Below are positions 12,637 to 25,971 of a stretch of DNA of 64,000 bases, piece after piece. The stretch covers positions 6,448,001 through 6,512,000 of the forward strand of contig OZ024759.1 in the NCBI GenBank assembly GCA_964016885.1. Reading direction: 5' to 3'. This DNA comes from Eledone cirrhosa (Eukaryota). The notes beneath the pieces are model-generated. The model did no database searches. It had not been told where the DNA came from and saw only the letters and a list, made by a program, of their open reading frames with translations. Position numbers and translations under genes: made by a program. Each line of letters opens with the position of its first letter. Within the stretch, counting starts at the first letter, position 1.

Positions 12637-13634
12637 AGCTTAATTAAGAATGTAGGATTCACATGCAGCAGCTGTGCTGAAACAGCAAGCAAACAGCCAC
12701 AGGAAACAAGTACCACCAATCTCTGGGAGGGCCCTGTAGAAACAGTAGACAGCTTCTGCTACCTAGGTGACCGAATTAGCAACGGAGGTGGGTGCTCAGA
12801 AAGTACAATAACTAGGGTAAGAACGGGATGGAAGAAGTTTAGGGAACTACTACCACTGCTAGCTGCAAAAGGCTTCTCCCTCAGAATGAAAGGCAGACTG
12901 TATGATGCGTGTATCCGAACAGCGATGTTGCATGGTAGTGAGACCTGGGCACTGAAGGTGGAAGACTTACGTAGATTAGAGAGAAACGAAGCCTGCATGC
13001 TCCGATGGATGTGTAACAGTAATATACGTGAACGACAAAGCATAAAGGAATTGAGAGAGAGACTGAGCATAAGAGGAATCAAATGCTGCGTGCAGGAGAG
13101 GCGGTTACGCTGGTATGGACATGTGATGCGTATGAAGGATGACAGCTGCATAAAAAGGTGCAGAGCACTAGAAGTTGATGGAAACCGCGGAGTGGGGAGA
13201 CCCAAGATGACTTGGGATGAGGTGATAAAAGCCGACCTTACCCAACTACACCTCTCAAAGTCAATGACACACGACCGTGACTTCTGGCGTCACGCAGTAA
13301 TACAGGGTACCCGACCTCCCATGGGTACATGCTGAAGCATATAAACAATATGCCCCCCCCCCCACCGCAAGGTGGTCGTGGAGGTGCCACGGCAAAAAAG
13401 CACCCAGCCCACACTGTAAAGTGGACGTGTAGGCGCCACGAAAAAGCACCCAGCACTCACTGTAAATGAGGTTGGTGTTAGGAAGGGCATCCAGCTGTAG
13501 AAATCAAGCCAGATCAGTTCCTGTATAAGCAAGGCATGGTCAGCCGACCAGACACTGCCCACAACAGGACAACCCGTCTAACCCATGCTAGCGTGGAAGA
13601 ACGGACGTAAAACGGTGATGATGATGATGATGAT
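12637..13634 (+). mobile_element. RTE-clade LINE family 'A', 5'-truncated
   Basis: Nearly identical to 50265-51266. Encodes FCYLG, HGSETW, RRLRWYGHVMRM and GRPKMTW; (GAT)n tail. Confidence 0.95.
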
Positions 13635-13657
13635 ATATGTGTGTGTGTATATATATA

Positions 13658-14316
13658 AAGGAAAAAAATTAGAAATAAGAGGGATCAGATGTTGTTTACT
13701 CGAGAGAAGGCTACGTTGGTATGGTCACGTGATGCGCATGAAAGACGACAGCTGTATAACAAAGTGCAGGGCAATAAAGATAGACGGTAGCCACGGAGTA
13801 GGCAGACCCAGAAAAACCTGGGACGAGCTGATAAATTCCGACCTCACACACTTACACCTCTCCAAGACAATGTCACTGGACCGAGACCTTTGGCAGTACT
13901 CAGTAACAGAGAAGACCCGCGTTACCTAAATACAAAGTAAAACCTACTACAGTCAGTAGGCATCTCTAACAAAATACACCCCCGTCCCACCACCCCCACC
14001 CCATCCACACCGCCCCTTTCAATGTAAAGTTATGTTGGTGCCACAACATCCAGGCCGAAACAAATGAGATCGTGTAGGTGTCACGACAAAAAAACACACA
14101 GTCCATGCTGTAATGTGGCCGTGTAGGCAACACGGTAAAAACCTCCCAGCCCACACTGTAAATGTGGTTGGTGTTAGGAAGGGCATCCAGCTGTAGAAAA
14201 CACGCCAGACAGTCCTATGCGAGCAAGTCAACCACTCTTGCCTCAAGTGGGAAAACTCCCGTCCAAACCCATGCACGCGTGGAACATGGACGTTAAACAA
14301 TGATGATGATGATGAT
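13658..14316 (+). mobile_element. RTE-clade LINE family 'B', 3' fragment
   Basis: RRLRWYGHVMRMKDD...GRPRKTW, 3' UTR and (GAT)n tail; homologous to 51920-52570. Confidence 0.92.
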
Positions 14317-14446
14317 ATCATATATATATAGATTATATATATATATATCATATATATATAGATTATATATATATATATCATATATATATATTATATATAT
14401 ATATATATATTATATATATATATATATATTATATATATATATATAT

Positions 14447-14480
<34 letters not shown>

Positions 14481-14484
14481 ATAT

Positions 14485-14516
<32 letters not shown>

Positions 14517-14609
14517 ATATATATTATATATATATATATCATATATATATATTATATATATATATATATATATCATATATATATATTATATATATATATA
14601 TATATATCA

Positions 14610-14649
<40 letters not shown>

Positions 14650-16020
14650 TATATATATATATCATATATATATTATATATATCATATATATATATTATAT
14701 ATATCATATATATATTATATATATATCATATATATATATTATATATATATTATATATATATCATATATATATATCATATATATATATTATATATATATCA
14801 TATATATATTATATATATCTTATATATATATTATATATATATATATTATATATATATCATATATATATTATATATATATTATATATATCATATATATATA
14901 TATATATTATATATATATATATATTATATATATATATATTATATATATATATTATATATATATATTATATATATATATATTATATATATATATATTATAT
15001 ATATATATATCATATATATATATATCATATATATATATCATATATATTTAGAAAACATATATATATATATCATATATATTATATATATATATCATATATA
15101 TATATTATATATATATATCATATATATATATTATATATATATATTATATATATATATATATCATATATATATTATATATATATCATATATATATATCATA
15201 TATATATATTATATATATATATATATCATATATATATCATATATATATCATATATATATTATATATATATATCATATATATATCATATATATATCATATA
15301 TATATTATATATATATATATTATATATATATATCATATATATATTATATATATATCATATATATATCATATATATATATATATATATACATATATCATAT
15401 ATATATATCATATATATATATACATATATCATATATATATATCATATATATATATACATATATCATATATATATATATATGATATATATACATATATCAT
15501 ATATATATATATGATATATATACATATATCATATATACATATATCATATATATATATATGATATATATACATATATCATATATATATATATGATATATAT
15601 ACATATATCATATATATATATATTATATATATACATATATCATATATATATATTTTATATCTATATATATGCATATATGAGATTTTTGCTCAAGTTCAAT
15701 ATATATACATACGATTATACACCCACATATATATATATGTATATATAGATAGAGCGGGTGCCCTCCCCCATGTATACACACTAGAATGCTGTTGAAGTGT
15801 GTATATATTTTGGGGAGACATTCTATATATGTATATATATATACACAGACGTATATTATATGTATATATATATATATACACGTATATTATATGTATATAT
15901 ATATATATATACACAGACGTATATTATATGTATATATATATATACATACATGTATATTATATGTATATATATACACAGACGTATATTATATATATATATA
16001 TATATATACATACACGTATA

Positions 16021-16067
<47 letters not shown>

Positions 16068-16079
16068 CATACACGTATA

Positions 16080-16122
<43 letters not shown>

Positions 16123-16657
16123 CACGTATATTATATGTATATATATATATATATATTGTTTCTACTTTTGGCACAAGGCCAGCAATTATTCCAGTGCATT
16201 ACTGGTACTTTATTTTATCGACCCCGTAAGGATGAAAGGCACGTATATTATATGTATATATATATATATATACATACACGTATATTATATGTATATATAT
16301 ATATATATATACATACACGTATATTATATGTATATATATATATACATACACGTATATTATATGTATATATATATATATATATACATGTATATTATATGTA
16401 TATATATATATATATATACATGTATATTATATGTATATATATATATATATATATACACGTATATTATATGTATATATATATACACGTATATTATATGTAT
16501 ATATATATATACATACACGTATATTATATGTATATATATATACATATACGTATATTATATGTATATATATATATATATATACACGTATATTATATGTATA
16601 TATATATATATATATACACGTATATTATATGTATATATATATATATATACACGTATA

Positions 16658-16688
<31 letters not shown>

Positions 16689-16801
16689 CACGTATTTTAT
16701 ATGTATATATATATATATACACGTATTTTATATGTATATATATATATACATACACGTATATTATATGTATATATATATATATATATATACACAGACGTAT
16801 A

Positions 16802-16832
<31 letters not shown>

Positions 16833-16915
16833 CATACACGTATATTATATATATATATATATACATACACGTATATTATATGTATATATATATATATACA
16901 TACACGTATATTATA
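14317..16915. repeat. Long (AT)n-derived low-complexity arrays
   Basis: TATA/TATC runs to about 15670, then cacgtatattatatgt(at)n units from about 15830. A SINE tail fragment sits at 16156-16240. Confidence 0.95.
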
Positions 16916-17445
16916 TCTATCCGCGTGATATTGAAGGTCGTGAGAGTACTCAATACCGAATTACAGTTAAATATTATTTCTACTTTAGGCACAAGGCCAG
17001 CAAATACATAGTGTATTACTGGTACTTTATTTTATCGACCCCATAAGGATGAAAGGTAAAGTCAACCTCGACATACTTTATTATGGCTAAGTGATGAGTC
17101 TTGGCTCTTGGGAGTTTTCACCTTTGTACCCTTAGCATCAAGCAAAACAATCTCCCTCTCCCTCACTCTCTTCCTCTCTCCCTCTCTCTTCCTCTCGCTC
17201 TCTCCCTCCCTCCCTCACCCTCTCACTCTCCCTCCCTCCCTCACTCTCTCACTCCCTCCCTCACTCTCTCTTCCTCTCTCTCTCATATATATAATGTGTG
17301 TGTGTAGAATTTCTTACGAATGAAACTGTTCTAGTCCTGTAGAAGTCACTTCTTTAGTAAAATAAATATACCTGTACTCCACTAACGTATTGGGTACCTT
17401 TACTTTTAACTGGTCACCTCCCGATCTACACCGGGAATCCACCTG

Positions 17446-17500
<55 letters not shown>

Positions 17501-17619
17501 AAATGGGGAGAAGAATACTGCAGGTTGCACATGGATAACATGTTATAAAATGAGTCCCTCATCAGTGATTTGCCGACGATCATAGATATTTCATTGCATT
17601 AAATATATATATATATATA

Positions 17620-17886
17620 TACGATATTAACAAATGGAAACTATATTTATAAAACTAAATCTATTTTATTATACATATTTCAAGGATACCATGTTAAATT
17701 ATGGTGTGCTTTCATCAGACAAAATACAATATATACCAGTTTTATAAATAAATATTGACATAAAACTGGTATATATTGTATTTTGTCTGATGAAAGCATA
17801 CCATAATTTAACATGGTATCCTTGAAATATGTATAATAAAATAGATATGGTTTTATAAATATAGTTTCCATTTGTTAATATCGTAT
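17620..17886. repeat. ~265-bp near-perfect palindrome
   Basis: Arms of about 125 bp (tacgatattaacaaatggaaactatatttataaaac... / ...gttttataaatatagtttccatttgttaatatcgta). A shorter relative lies at 34576-34655. Confidence 0.9.
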
Positions 17887-17971
17887 ATTTACTCCAAATA
17901 CTTGTCGAGTGCTTTATATCAGTTATAAAAATATTTGCTTGTTGTATCCCAACAATTTTAAATAGAACTTT

Positions 17972-18019
<48 letters not shown>

Positions 18020-18182
18020 TATATTTATATAGAAAGTGACAATAAGAATTGCAGCTTTTTGTAAACTTTATTTCACATTACAATTATGTCTATATCGATT
18101 AGCTCGGGTTTGTTTGATCATGCTATCGGATCCCGACTTTTAATCGACGCCTCTTCAGGTATGAGAGTTCACATGGGTGGTG

Positions 18183-18219
<37 letters not shown>

Positions 18220-18532
18220 ATATATATATAGATATATATACACTAGTAGAGTCCCATACCTGTGGAAGGCGCTGGTGGTTTGGTGTAGTTGTTTAAAATG
18301 TCCAACCTGAAAAGTTTTGTGATGTTTTCTTCTGTTCCTGCGTTCTGGTTCAAAAAGTAACTCAGGTATCTATCTATGACCAGGTAAAGTAGAGTCCACG
18401 AGGTCACCTCACTTGACCCATAATTGAGCAGCGTGTGGACAGGTGGACAAGTAGGTAGATAAGCCGACGACGGCATGGCAGCTCTTTCATCTTACACATG
18501 TAGTGGGTTGTTGATAACGAACGAATGGAAGA

Positions 18533-18592
<60 letters not shown>

Positions 18593-18649
18593 TTGTGGAA
18601 GCCACTTATTGTAAGCAAATAAGGGTACCAAGCGATTATTATTATCACA

Positions 18650-18801
18650 AGCTTTGCAGCATAGAGTTATGACCCTTTACGGTCTGAGTTCAAATCCCGC
18701 CGGGGTTAACTTTACCTTTCATCCTTACGGGGTCGATAAAATAAAGTACCAGCAATGCACTGGGATAATTGCTGGCCTTGTGCCAAAAGTAGAAACAATT
18801 A
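18650..18801 (+). mobile_element. Second tRNA-derived SINE family (B box, cctttcatcc...ggggtcgataaa core, gtagaaacaatt end)
   Basis: B box GAGTTCAAATCC. Other copies at 16156-16240 (-), 16975-17070 (-), 32356-32568 (inverted pair), 37648-37736 (+), about 38955-39110 (+, diverged) and 39170-39322 (-). Confidence 0.8.
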
Positions 18802-18989
18802 TGACAAGTTTATAGATCTTATAAGATCTTATAAACTCGTATAAGCCCCGAAGGTCTCTATCTTGATACCTTTTGTTTTCTGGAGGTATGGTCATATTTG
18901 GACTGTCTGAACATAGATAACATTTTTGCTCCCTTCTTCATTGAACACTTTTGCTTTTTCACACCTACAGACATTGCTACACAAGTAGG

Positions 18990-19776
18990 TTTGTCGTGAC
19001 ACCTACACGACCACTTTACAGTGTGGACTGGGTACTTTTTATTGTGTCACCTACACGACCACTTTACAGTGTGGACTGGGTACTTTTTGTCGTGACACCT
19101 ACACGACCACTTTACAGTGTGGACTGGGTACTTTTTGTTGTGTCACCTACACGACCACTTTACAGTGTGGACTGGGTACTTTTTGTTGTGTCACCTACAC
19201 GACCACTTTACAGTGTGGACTGGGTACTTTTTATTGTGTCACCTACACGACCACTTTACAGTGTGGACTGGGTACTTTTTATTGTGTCACCTACATGACC
19301 ACTTTACAGTGTGTACTGGGTACTTTTTATTGTGTCACCTACACGACCACTTTACAGTGTGGACTGGGTACTTTTTGTTGTGTCACCTACACGACCACTT
19401 TACAGTGTGGACTGGGTACTTTTTATTGTGTCACCTACACGACCACTTTACAGTGTGGACTGGGTACTTTTTATTGTGACACCTACACGACCACTTTACA
19501 GTGTGTACTGGGTACTTTTTGTTGTGACAACCTACATGACCACTTTACAGTGTGTACTGGGTACTTTTTATTGTGTCACCTACACGACCACTTTACAGTG
19601 TGGACTGGGTACTTTTTGTTGTGTCACCTACACGACCACTTTACAGTGTGGACTGGGTACTTTTTATTGTGACACCTACACGACCACTTTACAGTGTGTA
19701 CTGGGTACTTTTTGTTGTGACACCTACATGACCACTTTACAGTGTGGACTGGGTACTTTTTGTTGTGTCACCTACG
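18990..19776 (-). repeat. 48-bp minisatellite derived from an RTE LINE/SINE 3' UTR repeat
   Basis: About 16 copies of gtcacctacacgaccactttacagtgtggactgggtactttttattgt. The reverse complement matches aaaagcacccagcccacactgtaaagtggacgtgtaggcgccac in the RTE 3' UTR (about 13396-13440). Confidence 0.9.
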
Positions 19777-19789
19777 TGTTCCAGCCGAC

Positions 19790-20150
19790 AGCTGTGGTAC
19801 CACCATTGATGCTATAGTCAGCCTTCCCTGGTTGGCCATTGATTCAAAAGGGAGTTTGTTGCTACCACCCTTATTTGTGCTCCGCCTCAGGCTGTGGGCT
19901 CGTCCGGGATCTTGCTCAGTAGAATGTTGAGATGTCTCTTCATCTACATGTACACCATGTACATCTCTCAGATTTTTTGGCAGTTTATTAAAAAGCTGGG
20001 GTCTATTAAACCCCAAGCTATTGCAGTGTGTGGTCCTTGTTTTGATGTGATGGATGTGACTTTTAGCACTACACAGTGGCATCCTGTTGGTGGGCTGGGC
20101 TGGTCTTGTCCTCCATGGGGGAAGTCTTATATTCACAGTAGCTTAACACC
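19790..20150 (-). mobile_element. Decayed CR1/Jockey-group LINE 3' fragment
   Basis: Minus ORF contains NSLGFNRPQLFNKLPKNLRDVHGVHVD, resembling the GPxLFNxLP C-terminus of these LINEs. Confidence 0.55.
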
Positions 20151-20591
20151 AAGGAAACCAGGGTATGTACTGATGAGCCTCTGGGCATGAGACAGACTTT
20201 AACTCTGCAATGGACTGGTGTTCTATCCAGGGGGTGTCTTCTTCTCTCAGTAACTTCATGCTAAGGAAACTGGGGTAAACATCAGCCTGAGGAGCCCCTG
20301 GACATGAGACAGGCTTTTTAAAATTAGACTTTTCAATATGAGATAGTGAATGAGTTTAATAATAATGGGATTTTTGAACTTTTTTAACCATATATTCAAA
20401 ATCTTATACATCCATACAGGATGATTATGGTCTGTATAAAAACACACACATCAGTATATTTGTATGTATATATAAGCATGTATATATATATGCATGTCTA
20501 TATTTACATATATATTTGGTCTAACCCATGCTAGCGTGGAAGATGGACGTTAAACGAAGATGATGATGATGATATTATTAGAACAGATAGT

Positions 20592-20807
20592 TTAACCCTT
20601 TACCATTTACATTACTCTATATTTACTATTTTGTTTTGACGGTAAACACTTTATTTCACATAATTATCTCACATAATATTGAATCTACAAGATTTTGATA
20701 ATTAGTTTGAGAACAATACCTTAACATAAGTATAAGCAGCCGGTTTGAACAGAAAGAGGTGAGAGAATTCTGGCCGGATATGGTTGGTTTAGATGCTAAA
20801 GAGTTAA
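20592..20807 (+). mobile_element. piggyBac-like MITE (unexpanded form)
   Basis: TTAA-CCCTTTA...TAAAGAG-TTAA, with a single copy of the unit that is amplified in the 72-bp arrays. Confidence 0.8.
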
Positions 20808-21155
20808 GCAAAGAATTTCTGCTTTCACCCTATTACAGGATCTTCTGAAACTAAGAAGACACATAAGAAAATATTTCAAAAACTGTTCCAACCAAAAGAA
20901 AACAGGAAGACAATACACTGGTTCTGAAGACATTCTCTGGCGAGGGACAAAAACCATGTGAAGACAATAACATCATTATGAGTGAGAAGAAGAATTTCTT
21001 GCTATGAAAAAAATCAGACTAATATTCTTTTTAGAATAACGGAATGATTTCCAACTCCCATGTTTTTTGAAATATTTACTTGTGAGTTTATAGATTGATT
21101 TTTCTCAGTTTCAGAAGATACCATAAATGGGTAAAAGCAGAAATTCTTTGCTTAA
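20804..21155. mobile_element. TTAA-flanked MITE with ~50-bp TIRs
   Basis: ttaagcaaagaatttctgctttcaccc...tcttctgaaactaagaa / ttctcagtttcagaaga...gggtaaaagcagaaattctttgcttaa. Confidence 0.8.
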
Positions 21156-21158
21156 AGT

Positions 21159-21324
21159 TTAACCCTCTACCATTTACATTACTCTATATTTACTATTATA
21201 TTTTTATGGCTTTACCTTAAATAATTATCTCAAATAATATCGAAAAATATAAACAGCCGATTTGAAGAGATAGAGGTGAGAGAATTTTGGCTGGATATGG
21301 TTGGTTCAGATGCTAAAGGGTTAA
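21159..21324 (+). mobile_element. piggyBac-like MITE, internally deleted copy
   Basis: TTAA-CCCTCTA...TAAAGGG-TTAA; homologous to 20592-20807. Confidence 0.8.
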
Positions 21325-21356
21325 TCTGCACTAATAATAGATATTTGCTCTCTCTC

Positions 21357-21411
<55 letters not shown>

Positions 21412-21665
21412 TATTGAGCCTTCTTTGGATTTTGGTCTTCATAATTTTTATAACTATTTATATATATATATATATACATAAGTGTATGTAGGAGGTGAGT
21501 AATATTGTAGAACAATAAAACTATGCATATATCAGATAAGTAGCACTCAACAGTTTATCTGATAACACAATTTTTGTCCCGGGATGATGTTTTCGAAATG
21601 TGCATAATAAAATATATGGAACTTTTTTAACCATCTTTTAATTTCTTTACATAAGTGTATGTATG

Positions 21666-21719
<54 letters not shown>

Positions 21720-21722
<3 letters not shown>

Positions 21723-21925
21723 TCATCATTGTTTTTACATGTTTTTCCACACTTGCATGGGTTTGACATGCCCTTTTCAGTAGATCTCCCTACTAGCCTG
21801 ATTCTTCATCTCCTCTGTGAGTCTGATTTGAAATCAGCTCTCACCACCTCCACCCAGTTCTTTCTTGGTCTTCCTCTACTGTGGCTTCCTTCCACTGGGA
21901 TTTCCTGGCACTTCTTCACCTACAA
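21720..21925 (-). mobile_element. RTE LINE 3' fragment related to family 'C'
   Basis: Minus strand encodes VKKCQEIPVEGSHSRGRPRKNWVEVVRAD; (GAT)n tail. Confidence 0.75.
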
Positions 21926-21971
21926 ATAGTGTGTGTATACATATATATATATATTTCTATCTGATGAACAT

Positions 21972-22299
21972 GGAGACACACGGCTTAGTGGTTAGAGCAT
22001 TGGCCTTGCAATCGAAAGGTTGTGAGTTCAATTCTCAGACCTGGTGATGTTGTTTCCTTGAGCAAGACACTTTATTTCACATTGCTCCAGTTTACTCAGC
22101 TGTAGAAATGAGATAGGACTGGGGTCCATATCATTCCACTGCAAAGTGGTCGTGGAGGTGCCACGGCAAAAAAGCACCCAGCACTCACTGTAAATGAGGT
22201 TGGTGTTAGGAAGGGCATCCAGCTGTAGAAATCAAGTTAGAATCAGTTCCCATCCCACCCTTGTAAGCAGGGAAAAGCGGACGTAAAATGATGATGATG
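21972..22299 (+). mobile_element. Full-length tRNA-derived CORE-type SINE with RTE-related tail
   Basis: A and B boxes, then ccttgagcaagacactt...cagtttactcagctgtagaaatgag, similar to the MIR CORE (ccttgggcaag...cagtttcctcatctgtaaaatggg). RTE-shared tail and (GAT)n. Confidence 0.88.
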
Positions 22300-22529
22300 A
22301 ACAGATTCAGACGCTTCTGTTAGAATCGTCTGACTTCGTGAAACCTTTGGTAATGGAATAATTATAATGTGTTGTTTATTACACAATTAAATAGCTCTGT
22401 ACTGTACATAGAACCCTCTTCTTTCCTTTACCAAAATACTTAACACATATACACACACACACACACGGTGAAGGGTTAAAGATGTAAGGGAGATAACTCC
22501 AGTAAACCCAATGTTTTGTGAGGGTGTAT

Positions 22530-24760
22530 ATCGTTCTTCAGCTACTTTGTCCACTTATGGGAGGGATCATGGAACAGTCACGCCTTTGAGAGGGCCCTGT
22601 CAGAAGTAACGGTCTCCAACTATCTGGCTGGAGACCAGCCAAGCTCATGGATGTTACCCAACCATCTTGCTTGGGGTCTACTCCTAGGTTTCCTGCATGT
22701 TGGTTTTGTCTGTTAAATCTGTTCAGTGATCTTTCCTCAAACATTCTAACCACATGTCCATAGTATCAGAGCTGTGATCTCTCAATTTAGAGAAGTAGCA
22801 GCTCTAGCTGGAGTGACTCTCCAGTGATCTTTCCTCAGACATTCTAACCACATGTCCATAGTATCAGAGCTGTGATCTCTCAATTTAGAGAAGTAGCAGC
22901 TCTAGCTGGAGTGACTCTCCAGTGATCTTTCCTCAGACATTCTAACCACATGTCCATAGTATCAGAGCTGTGATCTCTCAATTTAGAGAAGTAGCAGCTC
23001 TAGCTGGAGTGACTCTCCAGTGATCTTTCCTCAGACATTCTAACCACATGTCCATAGTATCAGAGCTGTGATCTCTCAATTTAGAGAAGTAGTAGCTCTA
23101 GCTGGAGTGACTCTCCAGTGATCTTTCCTCAGACATTCTAACCACATGTCCATAGTATCAGAGCTGTGATCTCTCAATTTAGAGAAGTAACAGCTCTACC
23201 TGGAGTGACTCTCCAGTGATCTTTCCTCAAACATTCTAACCACATGTCCATAGTATCAGAGCTGTGATCTCTCAATTTAGAGAAGTAGCAGCTCTAGCTG
23301 GAGTGACTCTCCAGTGATCTTTCCTCAGACATTCTAACCACATGTCCATAGTATCAGAGCTGTGATCTCTCAATTTAGAGAAGTAGCAGCTCTAGCTGGA
23401 GTGACTCTCCAGTGATCTTTCCTCAGACATTCTAACCACATGTCCATAGTATCAGAGCTGTGATCTCTCAATTTAGAGAAGTAGCAGCTCTAGCTGGAGT
23501 GACTCTCCAGTGATCTTTCCTCAGACATTTTAACCACATGTACATAGTATCAGAGCTGTGATCTCTCAATTTAGAGAAGTAGCAGCTCTAGCTGGAGTGA
23601 CTCTCCAGTGATCTTTCCTCAGACATTCTAACCACATGTCCATAGTATCAGAGCTGTGATCTCTCAATTTAGAGAAGTAGCAGCTCTAGCTGGAGTAACT
23701 CTCCAGTGATCTTTCCTCAGACATTCTAACCACATGTCCATAGTATCAGAACTGTGATCTCTCAATTTAGAGAAGTAGCAGCTCTAGCTGGAGTGACCCT
23801 CCAGTGATCTTTCCTCAGACATTCTAACCACATGTCCATAGTATCAGAGCTGTGATCTCTCAATTTAGAGAAGTAGCAGCTCTACCTGGAGTGACTCTCC
23901 AGTGATCTTTCCTCAGACATTCTAACCACATGTCCATAGTATCAGAGCTGTGATCTCTCAATTTAGAGAAGTAGCAGCTCTAGCTGGAGTGACTCTCCAG
24001 TGATCTTTCCTCAGACATTCTAACCACATGTCCATAGTATCAGAGCTGTGATCTCTCAATTTAGAGAAGTAGCAGCTCTAGCTGGAGTGACTCTCCAGTG
24101 ATCTTTCCTCAAACATTCTAACCACATGTCCATAGTATCAGAGCTGTGATCTCTCAATTTAGAGAAGTAGCAGCTCTAGCTGGAGTGACTCTCCAGTGAT
24201 CTTTCCTCAGACATTCTAACCACATGTCCATAGTATCAGAGCTGTGATCTCTCAATTTAGAGAAGTAGCAGCTCTACCTGGAGTGACTCTCCAGTGATCT
24301 TTCCTCAGACATTCTAACCACATGTCCATAGTATCAGAGCTGTGATCTCTCAATTTAGAGAAGTAGCAGCTCTAGCTGGAGTGACTCTCCAGTGATCTTT
24401 CCTCAGACATTCTAACCACATGTCCATAGTATCAGAGCTGTGATCTCTCAATTTAGAGAAGTAGCAGCTCTAGCTGGAGTGACTCTCCAGTGATCTTTCC
24501 TCAGACATTCTAACCACATGTCCATAGTATCAGAGCTTTGATCTCTCAATTTAGAGAAGTAGCAGCTCTAGCTGGAGTGACTCTGATCTCTGAGCTACAG
24601 AATCTTTCAAGTAACGTTACTCCAAAGACCCTTCGGAGGAACCCCATCTCAACCGCTTGTATTATAGTCGTATTTTTTCGGTCATTACCCAGGATTCATG
24701 ACCATAGGTAAGGGTTGGTACAAACACCGAATTGAGGATAGTGTGTTTGGCATTTATGCC
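22530..24760 (-). mobile_element. Decayed RTE LINE family 'D' with internal tandem amplification
   Basis: Minus strand reads YGHESWVMTEK..IQAVEMGFLRRVFG..SSEIR, then the repeated unit, then the RPRGRP-like 3' end. Confidence 0.85.
22724..24585. repeat. 98-bp satellite, about 19 highly homogeneous copies
   Basis: Unit agtgatctttcctcagacattctaaccacatgtccatagtatcagagctgtgatctctcaatttagagaagtagcagctctagctggagtgactctcc; period 22823 to 22921. Confidence 0.97.
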
Positions 24761-25127
24761 TACCTTCTTTTTTCTGATGACTTACCTGTTTTTTATAGTG
24801 ATAAAGCATTATTTTACATCTGCTTTCCCTACTGGCATGGGCTGGACGAGTTGTTAAGGTCCGAGACCAGATATGGAGAGCAATAAAATGTACTTATTAG
24901 AGCATTGGGAAATTTTTGTAAGATGCAGGCCTTTGTCTCACCTGGGAGGTTAGTAGCCCTACTTGAGAACTGACTTGGTCTGTGAGGGAGAGCTGTCTAA
25001 CCCCTTACTAGCAGGGGAAATGGACATTATAATGGTGTTGATATATTATAAAATCCAAAACATATACAGATACTTCCATATATAGTACAGTACTATAGTA
25101 TAAGATTGTAGATTTAGTACTGTATAG

Positions 25128-25421
25128 CAGTGGTCTCTAACCTTTTTTGTACCACAGACTGGCTTCATGCTAGACAATCTTTCTGTGGACCGGTAGTTGT
25201 TATTTAAGTGTATTTCAATAAAGAGAGCAATTTATTAAAGGGAAGAAAAAGTGTATTGAGTAGATGAATATTGAATATTTAAACAAATCTTTTAAAATTA
25301 AATTCCAATATTCAATTTATCTATTATATAATTTTAAACAAGTTAATTATTTCTTTGCGGCCTGGTAGCAAATGATCCACTGACTGGTATCTGTCCACTG
25401 TCAGGTGGTTAAGGAGTTCTG
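25128..25421 (+). mobile_element. hAT (Charlie/MER1-like) non-autonomous element
   Basis: CAGTGGTCTCTAACC...GGTTAAGGAGTTCTG ends and a perfect 8-bp TSD CTGTATAG at 25120-25127 and 25422-25429. Confidence 0.85.
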
Positions 25422-25971
25422 CTGTATAGTACATTACTAACTACTGCTACTAAAGTCTGTTCTCAGCTGAAGGCTCATCAGCCATATTGCCAGTTTCCTT
25501 GGTGTTAAACGACTGAGAGTACAAAACACCCTGGATAGGATCCCGGTCTTCAACAGGATTTAACTTCCCAGCTACTGTTGGTACTCACTCTCAGCTGAGT
25601 ACTGGAGCAATGGGATCCGACATACCTTTGATGACTATGTATGTAGTGTGGGGCATGTTGACACACCCAATGCTGCACATTTGATTCTGTACTTTATCTT
25701 AAATACCGCTGTCCCAATAGCCAGGACACGGCGGTCCAATATCCATGGGTATACTCAATCATGTCTCACCCATCACTAATGCACTCTGTTTCAGCCACAG
25801 TACCCTACTCCGTTAGAAACTGTTTTTGCATATTCCCTGCATATATATTTTTTTATGTAGTGTGTGTATTTTTTCCTGTACATCCTCATATTTATCTTTT
25901 ATATATTGTTTAAGTATATCCTTTGCATTGTTGCTATCAGCTTCCCATAAGTAATCTTGTTTATATATGTT

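Noticed and set aside
17545-17600. Minus-strand GAAA...GTC...CTGATGA as a hammerhead (similar partial motifs near 18090-18160 and 27785-27885)
   Set aside because: Required stems do not pair or a core element is missing.
21972-22045. tRNA gene (TGC anticodon-like loop)
   Set aside because: It is a SINE head: multi-copy, continuous with CORE and LINE-derived tail, and lacking a good acceptor stem.
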